Shown here piece by piece: positions 11,341 through 23,923 of a stretch of 35,862 bases of DNA. The notes beneath the pieces were generated by a model. That model saw only the letters and a list, made by a program, of their open reading frames with translations. It had not been told where the DNA came from and searched no databases. The stretch is from Rozella allomycis CSF55 (lineage: Eukaryota), in NCBI GenBank assembly GCA_000442015.1, contig KE560925.1, positions 1 through 35,862 of the forward strand, read 5' to 3'. The number at the start of each line of letters is the position of its first letter. Within the stretch, counting starts at the first letter, position 1. The position numbers and the translations under genes were made by a program.

Positions 11341-12791
11341 ATGATTGAAAACTTGGAGGTAAAACTTGGCGTTAGTTTGTTCATTATATGTTTTTACTTT
11401 ATAGGGTCATTATTGCTGGCATTTAATTTCAGAAACCAAGATATCATTCAACGGCGGATGTTAGTTACTTTAAGTTTGCTATCATTTATAAACTTTTGTT
11501 GCTGTGTCCTGTTTCTTTTAACAAGCAAGTACTTTTTTGACGTTCGTGCTGTAATTACCTGTGGAGTCCAAATTACACTGTACTACATCTTTGTTCCATT
11601 ATTTTTCTTTCTATATATCATTAGGATGTGTTACTTAGTTATAACAAGTTTAATAACACAAAACAAGGTAAATGGCAGGAGTGTCCCTTTTACAACAATA
11701 CACAAACCTTTGATATACTTTATAACAATGCTTGGAAAATACGTTCTTCGACACAAACACGATAGTACTCATGTAATTTTACGATTTTGCTTTAAAAGGT
11801 TGACAAAGAATCTCGTATTGCGTTCGAAATTCAGCCGGGTCGCAAAGAAGAACTTCAATACACGCATATTCAAAAATTGACGTCAAAATCGATTCTCAAG
11901 CTTTCTGGATACATATTTATAATTGAGATTCTTTTATTTTTACTTGCTTATTACATGGACACATCGTCTATGTCTCTCACTGTGTGTCCTTACAAGCATT
12001 TTTATCCTGTCTATTTTGTAATTGCAATTTCGTTAGTTTGTATCGGATATCTAACACTGGTCCTTAAGGATTGCAAGGACAGCTTATGGATGTCAACAGA
12101 GTCGAAATTGGAAACCATAACATCCTTGGTTGGATTTTTGTTATACATAGCTGTAAATTTTCTAAATTTTAGCCCTTTTACTAACATATACAATACTTCG
12201 GGGGCAACCTTTATCTTGTTCTTTTTATCATTGTGCATGCAATATCTATCTGTGTTGCATCCAGCATTGCTGGCTTGGAAACTTTCTCGGACTAAGAAAC
12301 GATTAAATGTGGACGAAGCAAGTTTTTATCTCATATTACAAGATCCAAAAATGTTCCAAGAGCTAAAAGATGAAGCCGCTGACGAATTGTGCATTGAAAA
12401 CGTTCTCTTTATTGAAACACTAATGAATTTCTACGCAAAGCATTCTTTGAAAATGGTTTTTAGATTGCATTCGAGAAGTTCTTCCGATAAAATATTTGGC
12501 AATGAGAAAACGACCAGCGCGACACTCAAAACAGCTTTTGATAACCAAACCCTTACTGGAAAAGATATTGATAATGAGGTCTCTGCGATATACAAAGAAT
12601 ATTTAAAACCCGGTTCCCAATTTGAATTGAACATTCCTTTCACCATGCTTAAAGAATTTGAACAAAAAATGCGGGACATCAATTATGAAGATATTTTTGA
12701 GCCAATTAAGCGGGAAGTTCTTCGAATGATTTACCAAAATACTTTTCCTAGATATGTGCAAAAGGAATCTAAGAGAAAAATCAAAAAATAA
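11341..12791 (+). CDS. 7TM-RGS fusion protein (GprK/AtRGS1-like architecture), paralogue 1
   Basis: About seven hydrophobic helices, intron 11773-11798, C-terminal RGS motifs ELCIENVLF, YLKPGSQFELNIP and IFEPIKREVLRMIYQNTFPRY. Confidence 0.85.
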
Positions 12792-12864
12792 ACGGATTTA
12801 AAAATATTTTGATGTTCTTTAGATATGTAATTGTAATTAGTTACCTTACGTATTGTAAACAAAC

Positions 12865-13609
12865 ATGAGTGTTAACGAATCAATATACACTGCTGAGCAA
12901 ATAAGAATTCCTTCAGAATTCCCAGACATTCTAAAAAATTATGCTAAATCTGTATTGAAAGATCAGCCTAATGATGTGTACACATATTCCATCGAGTATT
13001 ACAAACCTACAGATTTCATTCTAGATACTTTCAAAACGTCCAAAAATCACGACCATCTCTTAAAAAATTATCTGATAGTCAACTTTGGGCATTGTACCAA
13101 AAGGTATAAGAATCGTGGCAATATACCAGATGGCTAAATTGTGTAACAATGACGAAGGTACCCTAAGTAAAACTGATGTGGTCGCACTTTACGATGTAAT
13201 TGGTGCGTCCAATCAACATGTTCAAGAAATAATAAAGTAATACCAAAATATTCGGTAGATAGGGAACTAAATTATGCCGACTCTATACCATGGCTGACAT
13301 CATGGGCTGTNATGCAGACTCTATACCATGGCTGACATCATGGGCTGTATCAATCTCTTTGTCAAAACCGGTACTCAGAAACACATATTATATTAGGACT
13401 TGATCACAACTATGGAATTATGCCAATCAATTCTCCAAAAGGAAACACCAAAAACTTGTATTAGCGATATGACTACTATATTTCAACTTATTGCATCCAA
13501 AGATCCATTGTGGACTCAGGAAAGGATTACTAAAGTTGTAACAATGGCAAGAAATCTAACTGAAGCGAATTCAAATGTAGATTTCCCAAGTTTAATCAAG
13601 GCGGCATAA
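12865..13609 (+). CDS. RIIa dimerisation/docking-domain protein, ropporin/ROPN1L/radial spoke protein 11-like; multi-exon
   Basis: N-terminus IYTAEQIRIPSEFPDILKNYAKSVLKDQP matches the ropporin-family pattern; N join at 13311. Confidence 0.7.
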
Positions 13610-13632
13610 AAATAAATAACTCGTTTATTGTT

Positions 13633-14424
13633 TTACATGAAATCATCAAAGTCATCATACTTGCTAGTGTCAACAATGTCGCTGGCTTCAGTTCTCACTG
13701 CTGCTTTCTTCACAGCAGTGGTCTTCTTTTTGCCCTTGTCCTTGCCAGATTTTTGTTTTTCATTCGAAATAATATTTAGCGCCGAAGATAAAGACCTGAT
13801 GTCAGTAAAATTCATGTCTTGGACTAATTCTCTAAGAAGTGTATCGATGAAACCGGTATATAGTTTACTTTTCTACATGAAACCATAATAAAAGCTATAC
13901 GCTAAACGGAACACATTTCGATGCAATTTGATTTGCCAAGCTATCAAAATCTGCTTTGGTTTTAGGTTCCATAGAAAGATCCAAGCTCGCTGGTTTTGCC
14001 TCCTTGTTTTCTTTCTCCTTGGGATGGATGTCACCAGTAACAAACAAATCCACAGCATTCTTAATATCTGCTTCTTCTTGCATTTTTTGTAATCTAATTT
14101 TTCTTTCTAGTGGTGTCTCTTTTTCCAAGATGTCCTGTTCGGCCTCATTTAATTTCTTCTCTTCGCTCTCTTTCAGCTTTCTTTCAGCAATGGCCTGCTT
14201 TACGGGTTTTTTCTTTTTTGAAGGAGCAAGAGTTACGCTCTCTACTTTTTTAGACATATCTTCTTCCTCTTCATCTTCCCAAGAATCCTACTCATAATAG
14301 AGGATTTCAATTACCGCAACGGTTTTTGAAGGATTTTCTTGTATTTCTTCATCCTCCCAAGAGTCTTTTATTTCGGATTCTTAAATTATATTACCAAAAA
14401 TAAGATTTTACCCCAGTCACTCAT
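13633..14424 (-). CDS. HCR1: Translation initiation factor eIF3 subunit J (Hcr1)
   Basis: MSDW start, acidic DSW(E/D) repeats, ERKIRLQKMQEEADIKNAVDLF and C-terminal YDDFDDFM. Confidence 0.88.
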
Positions 14425-14466
14425 TTAAGAAATTTACAAAAAAGTGATAGCAAAAGATGCTTTTAT

Positions 14467-15793
14467 TTACTCATCAAGGTATTCTAGAGCTTCAATGTTG
14501 TGAAATTTCCGTAATCTTTCACTAAGTTCTTCAATATATTCACCCCGTAGCATTTTCTGTATTCCATAGATGGTGTTGCCGATTCTGTGGTCTACAATTC
14601 TGTCACTTGGGAAATTGTAGGTACGAATCTTTTCANTCTGTCACTGGGGAAATTGTAGGTACGAATCTTTTCACTTCTCAGCGATTTACCAATCTTTAAT
14701 AGAATGTTTAGGTAGCATACCTGTTCTTTTCTTAGTTTCGAAAGTTTCGACAATCCATCATTTTCCAGAACTGCGTACAATTTTGACGCAAGGATTCTCA
14801 TGGCGGTTGCCTTGTTTTGATGCTGCGATCTGGAGTCTTGACATTCAACAACAGTTTTCGTTGGGAGGTGTGTTATTCTAACCGCGCTATCAGTTGTATT
14901 TACGTGTTGACCACCTACGTTTCCTATATTCTTGACAAAATACCCGGGCCACTAGAACGAAAAGTGTCGATTCTAAGATCTGAGCTTTTAATGCTAACGT
15001 CCGGCATTTTGTTATAAAATGGTAAAACTGCAATACTCGCTGTGCTTGTATGGATTCTTCCTGACCGCTCGGTTTGTGGGACTCTTTGGACCCTATGAAC
15101 TCCGGTTTCATATTTTAAGGTACCAAAGACATTTAATCCTTCAATTCTGGCTGATGCAAGCTAAAATTATTGGAATTGTTTATTACAGAATAACCGTTAC
15201 CGCCTTCCTTTGTCTCCTCATTTATGATTTTGAATTTCCATCCCTTTAAAATGCTGAATTTCTGATACATAGAAAATAAATCTTCAGCGAATAATGCCGC
15301 TTCGTTTCCACCGGTACCAGCCCGTACTTCAAACATTGCACTTTCTTTATCTTCAGACATTTCTGGCAATAAATTATCCAATATCTCAGTTTCCTTTAGT
15401 TCAATATCTTGTTCATTCTGGAACAATTCTTCTTCTGCCAAGATTTTCATTTCCTCTTCGTTTCCATTAATGATATCACTTAGCTCTTTCCTATCCTTTG
15501 AAAGCAAAAAACTTTAGATTACATTTCTTAAACCAATTAATTCCATGTAAATGTCACAAACAGGCCTGAAATCATTAATTTTTTTCATAGTTTGCATTAA
15601 TTCTACACCTTGTTGCTTTGTTATCTTGATGTTTTAGAAAAGTTACTTTTTCTGCTTCAACTTTTAGAGCATTATATCTTGCTGTTTGTCGAACAAGATA
15701 TTGCTCCAATTTGGGCGTAAACTGGGAGTAATTTTGACTTCTGTGGTTGAAATTTATAATTTTGTATGGTCGAAATTGTAAAAGGCGTATCAT
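14467..15793 (-). CDS. MRF1: Mitochondrial peptide chain release factor 1
   Basis: [27 protein letters not shown] (PxT), [16 protein letters not shown] (GGQ split by an intron), [11 protein letters not shown]; presequence-like N-terminus. Confidence 0.92.
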
Positions 15794-15918
15794 CACAATC
15801 ACAGCCACCTTTTGGTTCTTGCATTGCTGAAATATGGACGCTCGAATGAATTTATATCTTTATTTAGATTGTAGAATTTATTTTTACGTATACGGTTGTC
15901 AAGTCAATTTGAGTATAG

Positions 15919-17470
15919 ATGGACGTTGAAGAAGTCATTATTCCATTTGTTCTGTTACCTTTACTATATTCTTTGACGCTTTTATGGGCATACCAATACC
16001 GTCACGAGGATTACCTGGAAAAACGTATGTTCCCTGTCCTGTTCATAACAACTGCCACCAATTTTGTTTCCGGAATATCTTACTATCCGTTTAAGAAGCC
16101 AAACAGTTTTCAAATATGTTGGGTCCAACAAATATTTTACTATTCTGTGGCATCATACTTTGTTTTCTTGTACGTGATGAAAACAGCTAGTGTGATCATA
16201 TGGATCTATTTGGCTAATCACCACGATGAAAAGAAACGGTCAAGGATGGGACTAGAGAAACCTGTTTTACTATTCTTTGGGGCTGTATCAAGGATAGTGA
16301 ACAGAAAAGCCAAGGTAGGATTGTTTCTTTTGGATTAATAGTCGAAGGAGTCGAAAGATAACGAATTAACGTATGCTATTAGAAAGCCAGATTTGAAAGT
16401 CTTTTTATTCTGCTCCTTTTGTTTCAATATATTGCAAATAATCCTATTCTCAATTGGCTTTTTCACTACCCTCGATCACATGTATGATGATGGTTGTGCT
16501 TTAGCACCCTTCTATCCTATGATTGTTTTGGTTTTTACTTTCATGATGCTAGTTGGATATTTTATGTTTGTTTTAAAGAAGCTGAAGGATAACTTGGGAA
16601 TGGTAAAGGAATGTAAAATGATATTTATTACCTATTGCATTTGCTTGCCAATATATGCAATTTTAGACCAAACAAGTAATGATCCNCTTCATGATGATAG
16701 TTGGATATTTTATGTTTGTTTTAAAAAAGTTGAAGGATAACTTGGGAATGGTAAAGGAATGTAAAATGATCTTTATTACCTATTGCATTTGCTTGCCAAT
16801 ATATGCAATTTTAGACCAAACAAGTAATGATCCTGTGACTAAAGTACGTACTTCTAAAGCTCTAGCTTTGACTGTTGCTATAATCGTTCATTACCATTCA
16901 CTGGTATACCCCACGATTTTGGCGATGAAATTTAGATACATTAAAAGTCTAATAAGTTTAACCGAGCCCGCTCTCTTTAGTGCATTGAACGATCCATCTT
17001 CATTTAAGCAGATCAAAATGGTGGCCATAGAGTCATTAGCAGTGGAGAACATCCTATTTCTAGAAGAATTGAAAGATTTTTATGATAAAATTGGTGAAAA
17101 GTTTACGTACGCAAAGATCAAAAACGAAAACGATAACGTTGTCAAGACTTCTCCGGTTTTGACAAGCGACAAATCCTTAATTGTTCATACAAATCTCAGC
17201 CGACTTTGTCATACTTATATGGAGCAGATATACGAAAATTTTATAAAAGCTGGCTCGCCGAACGAGTTAAACTTGACTAATGAGGTTAGAAAGGAATTTG
17301 AGGACAAAATGGGGTCTTCTGACTTCTCACTTTCTATTTTTAATCCCGTGAAAGACGAAGTTTTAAAAATAATCTTTCAAAACATATTTCCAAGGTACGT
17401 AGAAAAGCTAAAGGAATCCAAATCGAAATCAAGGAGCTTATTGCTAGGAAGATTCTCGAGGGAAAAATAA
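15919..17470 (+). CDS. 7TM-RGS fusion protein, paralogue 2 (interrupted by an assembly duplication at N 16686)
   Basis: TM helices, then ESLAVENILF, FIKAGSPNELNL and IFNPVKDEVLKIIFQNIFPRY; collinear with 11341-12791. Confidence 0.85.
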
Positions 17471-17574
17471 ATTTTTGTTTCATAGTATTTTGATACTGAT
17501 TGCAAAGATTTTTAGTATATTTTTCATCTACAACAACAAAAATTGAGGTACTGTTTACATTTTGTGAAAGATAC

Positions 17575-20390
17575 ATGGTCAAATTTTTTAACGTTTTTGA
17601 GATTGTTGCCAATTTTGCACAAGTATGATTTAGTTTTCAACAAAACATGTATGTTGGTATAGTCGCCTCCGTTAGAATTACTTGGCCAGAATCGTGGAAA
17701 TCAGTGCTGCAATATGTAAACAACCATATATGCACGATTACATAGGCTTCTTACCTAAGATTAAATTTTCTTTCACAATTTTCCGAGCTCAAGATCCCTC
17801 AAGTCGACGTTAGGGCTCAACATATATTTTTGGCCAACATATTTCCACTAATACTTGCAATTCTCCTTTTGATATTTTTTAAATCACCAAAAGTAGTTGT
17901 GTGGTATGTATCCTTACTTGCATCAATTGGTTTGTTACTTGTTGGTATATTCTTTTTATGTTGCGTTAAGTAGGCCTAGTGAGTAAGTTCATCGGAAATA
18001 GTGACGCTAACGTGATTCCTACTTCTTCTGCACTGTCCGATATATTTTTAATAACAGGCGGTGTCATGGCAGGTCTTATGATCCTTATATTTTTGGGGAA
18101 CTATCTTCTAGAACGACGCCGAAAAATGAAACAAGTGAGCGTATATCCGTTTCATAAGTCTAGGTTAGTCCAGCCCGGGAAGACGATTCCAAAAGCGATG
18201 AAAGTAGTGACGACAGTTCTAAACCAGAGTCAGAGCATGAATTACGAGAGTCTAAGGCCAATCTAGAGCAATTCGCGTATTTGCACTACAAGTCCAAAAG
18301 CTTCTGGGTTATGTTTAGAAACCTTGTTTTGTCGGTGATTCTTATTTTCATCGGAATCATTTGTCTTTCATGGCTTGATTTAACAAAATATACTACCCTA
18401 TCCTTTATAAATATTGCACAGGTACCTTTCTTTACTTTGGTGAAAAGATAAAGAAAGCCTTGGTGTTAATTGGTGCCCCGCTTGGCGGCCCGCTAATTGG
18501 TTTTGGATCATTGCTCTTAATTAATTTTATGCTCAACTGTCATCCAAAAGTAAAGAATGTGATTTCTCATGAAAGGGACGCAAGTATTTAACTGATCTGA
18601 ATTTTTTCTGGAAGAAAAATGTTCTAAAAATAGCGCTGTTATTACTATCGTTGTCTTACATCCCCATATCTAGTAGTATTTTTGGAATGATCAATTGTCG
18701 CTTAAGGCAATGTTCAGCTGGAAATGAATTTTACTCTCATAGTGTAGCATACTCAAGTATTCCACACTTGATAAAATAGTAGGTGATTTATCTGATATAT
18801 CGGCAACGTTTTTAGCTCTAAATGCTCCAATGTGCCAATCGTGTAATTTTACATCCGATTGTTCATTGGCAACTACTACTTTATGTCCTGGTGGTTCAGA
18901 CTACAGGTTGGTAAAGTTCTTGTGTCATCAACTTAGGTTGAAGATCCTAGTTTTTCATGCAGCTCTGAAATATTCTATTATTACACACCGGGCGCTATAT
19001 TGATGCTTATTTCCTTTACCATAGGAGTTCCATGTAAGCAAATGGGTTTTGAAATATAGACCTATTTCACAGAGTAATCTCGATATCAACGAGCGTTATT
19101 CAACAACTGCCAATTAATGTTGATGACCAAAGTATAAAATGGAAAATAATGGTCCATACAACTAATAGTAGTTGTAAATCACTATTTGCAATGTTTGAAC
19201 ACAAATGGTAAGCATCTTACTCTTTGATTAAAGGAAAAATTACAAGCTCTTGCTTGTGCTACAAAAGCTGATTATCGTTTCTGTTTTCATCTTTGCCAGA
19301 GATCTTCCATTTCCCTTGGTTTGTTTAATGTTCGTCACCCAAACTGTATTTGCAGGATTAGCTATATACAGCCAACCGTACATTTCTAGAATCGAAGTAA
19401 AATTAAATCTTACAGGTTCCAAGGACTTTTCATCATTATCATGCTGCATTATCTCCGCGTTGAACGCCGTTGTAGCTTTCTTAATATCATTCAAGGACAA
19501 TTTTCCCACCATCTTTCCCTACACAATTCCCGAATACATAATATATCCACTTGGCGTTCTCAACTCTATTGTACCAATCGGAGCCGCCGTTCTGGTGATT
19601 GCCTATGGATTCATATACCCCGAAAAGAATGTAATCGAACAGCTCCAAGAAGCCGAAAAGTCCAAACAACAAGAAACAGTTAAAAATACCAGCATATTGC
19701 GATCGACAGCACTGCTAGAGGAGAAACAAGAATCAGTCCAAAACTCGCAAACAGCATCCTCATCAGGGTAGATATATTTACACCCGGGGTGTGCTTCACC
19801 CCTGGCCAAAAAAGTCGGGGTAATGAAGANTCAGCTCAACAGCATCAGAACCACCACCCGAAACCGAACAAGAGCGTCTCCTGCGCATCACAAAAGTCCT
19901 CGACACACAACTAGACAAGCAGCTCCTCCGCCTAATAGTAAACTTTTTCCTATTTCTCGGGCTGACCGCATTCCTCTCGCTTTGCATAATAGCGCTCGGC
20001 TATATAATCCAATGGCAGACATCATCCGTAATTGCCACAAAATACGCATCCTCCTCGTCAGCCGTGCAGTCGTCCGTCCAGCGATTCGAATTTGCAGGAT
20101 ACTCAAGCTGGACAGAATTCACGAGTAATTGCTGCTGCGAACCAAATCCAAGCGACACACAAAACGAGAGATGGAAATGCATTAATCCTAAAGGCGCTTC
20201 AAGCGGGTTTATCTACAAGCTCAGGCAGCGTGTGCAAGATGGACTGGATGGGTATTCAGTCAGAGGATTATGTTCAAAGACATTTGAAAGCACTGTTTGC
20301 ACATTGCCGTATTATGTGGACGGCAACACGTTTTATAGAATTGGAATGTGTTCGGATCCGATAGAGTCGATAGAAAGGTATCTTTGGTAA
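17575..20390 (+). CDS. Intron-rich polytopic membrane protein with Cys-rich loop and Cys-rich C-terminus (TRP/FLC-like TM motifs)
   Basis: Spliceable hydrophobic exons: FEIVANFAQ...ITWPESW, LLLSLSYIPI, CQSC..C..LC, FEHKW-KNYKLLLVLQKLIIV...YSQPY, WTEFTSNCCC. N at 19830. Start and exon structure approximate. Confidence 0.6.
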
Positions 20391-20531
20391 ATAAAATTTA
20401 GGAATATTCATTTACACATTATAAGGCGACTTTAACTTTTATAATGTGTTACTCTATACATTATCCATAGTGTGCATCTACAAATTTTATTACCAATTAT
20501 AAATTAACCCTTCGAATCTTCACTCCACAAA

Positions 20532-21020
20532 TTAATTCTCCAAATTCTCCTTTTCCTTTTCCTTCCCCTCCATCGTATCCAAAATAATAGTCACAGGCCC
20601 ATCATTAACAATCTCAACATCCATCATCTCGCCAAACACGCCATCGAAAACTCTATCAGCGCCAAGCTTGCCCTTTAAATATGCAAGAAAATTTTCGTAA
20701 AATGGTTTCGAATCGGCTGATTTCATGGAAAGGTGAAAGTCTGGCTTGTTTCCCTTGCTTGTTTTCGCAAACAGTGTGAATTGGGAGACACATAGGATTG
20801 GAAGCGAGAGATCGGAAACACTCTTTTTCCACATTTGAGATGTGTTTGGACATGAAAATAGTTTTAGTTTGAGAATCTTGTCTGCTAATTTTTGAGCGTC
20901 GAGGGGTGTGTCGTCGCAGTGTATACCAACAAGAATGCATAATCCTTGGTCGATAGAGCTAACTATTTGATTGTTGACAGTGACAGAAGCTCTTTTAACT
21001 CTTTGAATAACAGCTCGCAT
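20532..21020 (-). CDS. DTD1: D-aminoacyl-tRNA deacylase
   Basis: MRAVIQRV, SQFTL, KGNKPDFH and NDGPVT motifs. Confidence 0.95.
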   Translation of the reverse strand: MRAVIQRVKRASVTVNNQIVSSIDQGLCILVGIHCDDTPLDAQKLADKILKLKLFSCPNTSQMWKKSVSDLSLPILCVSQFTLFAKTSKGNKPDFHLSMKSADSKPFYENFLAYLKGKLGADRVFDGVFGEMMDVEIVNDGPVTIILDTMEGKEKEKENLEN

Positions 21021-21137
21021 ACAAGCCACACAAAATAAATGTATTAAAAGAGATAAGTACAAATGTACTTGTATTCCTAAAATCAAAAAATATTAATATT
21101 TTTTTTCAAAATAATATAAGATTGAAAATGAATTTAT

Positions 21138-23739
21138 TTATAACTTGTCATAAAAGCGATCGAATGGAGGAATTTCAGCAGAGAGACCTTTTCTGACACG
21201 AATACCCTTGACGATATCAGCGACTTTACCAGGTTCAAGAGCATTGCCAGGCATGAGTTGCCAGTGGTCAAAGACACATTGAGGAAAGGCTTGACCAGAG
21301 GTAGCAGCACGAAGATCACCGTTGAAACCAAAAGATTCACTGACTGGAAGGTAAGCCTTGACGGTGTACATTGGAGTACCTGGACGTTGTTCTTCAGAAA
21401 AGACATGACCACGACGACGATTGAGAACACCATAAATACCACCCATAGCGCTTTCAGGACATTGAATTTCAACCAAGTACATTGGCTCCAATAAAGTTGG
21501 GTTAGCAGTGAGAACGGAAGCATAAACAACACGACGAGCAGTTGGAATGATTTGACCACCACCACGATGGATAGCATCAGCATGAAGAACGACATCAAGA
21601 ATGTTGAATCTGCAAGAACGCATATTTTCATCAGCCAAAACACCTTCCTTTGTAGCCCATTGAAATGCAGCAACGCAAGAGTCTTTGATTTCATTCAAGT
21701 ATTGAACTCCCTTTGTCATGTCAACAAGAACGTTTGGACCAGAAGTATCTGGACCAAAGCACCAAATCTTCTTAGCTTCATCAGGATTCCAGTTGTAAGT
21801 TTCAGCCAAGAATTTAGCTCTTGCCTTGACTTCATCTCTTGGAGTAACTTTTCCAGCTTCAATATCTTTAGACAATTCTTCATCAAATGGAGCAGCCTTC
21901 ATAAAGATACGATTGTGTTTGTTTGGAGATTTAGATAAACAGACCATGTTAGATTCGTCTTGAATGGTTTCTCTGTAAGAAACAACAGGGTCAGATTTCT
22001 TCAATGGAACACCAGCGTGATCTTCTTCTAAATCTTTCAAACAGATTTCTAAATGCAATTCACCAGCACCAGCAACAATGTGTTCACCAGATTCAGCAGT
22101 GTAAGATAAAACACATGGATCAGATTTACACAATCTCTTCAAACCTTCAACTAATTTTGGCAAATCAGCAGCATTCTTAACTTCAACAGCAACTTTAACG
22201 ACTGGAGAAACAGAGAATTTCATGACTTTCATGTTGTGGGCAGTTTCGCTTGTAGTGATAGTACCAGACTTGACCAAATATTGATCAATTCCAACTAAAC
22301 CAATAATGTTTCCAGCTGGACAATCATCAATAGATTCAACACCTCTTCCCATCATCAAAACAGTACGTTGAACAGACTTCAAGAACAAATCATCCTTCTT
22401 TCCTGGTTCATAGTTTGGTCCTTGAATTCTAACTTTCATTCCTCCTCTAACAGTTCCAGAGAAGACTCTTCCAAAAGCATAAAATCTTCCCTTGTCACTG
22501 GTTGGAACCATCTTGGAAACATACAACATCAATGGAGCCTTTGGATCACAGTTTCTAATACCAGTTGCACATTCATCATCTAATGGTCCTTCATATAAAG
22601 TATCAACTCTGTATTTCTGTGCTGTCATTGGTGATGGCAAATGAATAACAACCATCTCTAAAACTGCATCTCCAGCTGGTAAAAATTCCTTCATAACAGC
22701 CTTCAACAATTTCTTATCAGTCAATTCTTTATCTTCTGCTTTCAAATTAACTCCCAATTTGTTCAACATTTCATCCAACTTGTCTCTCTTGTTGTTCATA
22801 CAAGCATCAAAGATTCTAAAGATTGGATCCAAAACAAATTGACAAAATGCTCTCTCCAAAAATGTCTTATCATCAGCTTGTGCCTTGGTAGTCCATTTCT
22901 TGGTCTTTGGATTAAAGTAATTCTCTCCCCACAATTTATCCATCATCTTGTCTCTGTCAACTCCAAACTTCTTGGCATATCTATCAGCAAATTGTCTCAA
23001 AGTAAATGCCCATCCATGTAATCCAGATCCAAAAGCAACAGTTCCCTTGTATGGATAAACTTGACAATCTCCCAATGCCTTGTCATAGTAAGTAGAAATG
23101 ATAACGTTAGCACTTTCAATAGCACGGGAAAAGGATTGGTAAAGATCTTCCTTTGACAATTGCAATTCCAAAAGAGCTCTATCAACCTTGTTAATAACCA
23201 ACACAGGCTTAATGCGTTCTCCAAGCGCTTGTCTCAACACAGTCTCAGTTTGCACACACACTCCATCAATAGTATCAACAACAACCAAAGCACCATCAGT
23301 AACTCTCAATGCAGCAGTAACTTCAGATGAAAAGTCAACGTGCCCAGGTGAATCAATCAAGTTGATCAAAAACTTGTTTCCATCAGTCTTTTGCTTAATA
23401 TCTCCCATAGCGTCTTCACTCATTTCAAAGTACATGGAAATAGCAGTCGACTTGATAGTAATACCACGCTCAATTTCATCAGGTCTAGTGTCCATATAAC
23501 GAGCATCTCCAGCCTTGGCCTTGGCAATAATACCTGCCTTGGATAAAAGCGAATCAGTCAATGTTGATTTTCCGTGATCGACATGCGCAATAACTGACAT
23601 GTTACGCACGTTCGATGGTTTATCCATCATCTCTCTAATTTGGTCGATTGTGAAATTAACCTATCATTAGCTGTTCTCAAACACACACGGTTAAAGTAAA
23701 TTCACACAAAAGTTTACACAAGCTCAAAATACTTACCAT
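21138..23739 (-). CDS. EFT2: Translation elongation factor 2
   Basis: [27 protein letters not shown] and diphthamide loop [14 protein letters not shown]-only first exon (23737-23739) and 76 nt intron 23661-23736. Confidence 0.98.
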
Positions 23740-23923
23740 TTTGCTTCGAGGTTTTGACCAGGGTTAGGAAAAAAAGGAAAGTGGATAATTCAGAATTTAT
23801 GATTTTGAAATTTCTTGTTTTTTAAACTTTAACTGTATTTAATTGACATTAACATTTTTTGTTTTGACTTGACTTTTTGCATCTGATTAGCTGTTGCTAT
23901 TACATTGTCAACTTGTAAATTTC

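Noticed and set aside
14598..14675. Frameshift or internal duplication in MRF1 (programmed frameshift or pseudogene)
   Set aside because: The duplication straddles N 14636; the same artefact occurs at 13311.
21134..21694. 186 aa alternative-frame ORF and antisense ORFs within eEF2
   Set aside because: Expected shadows of strong codon bias in a conserved gene.
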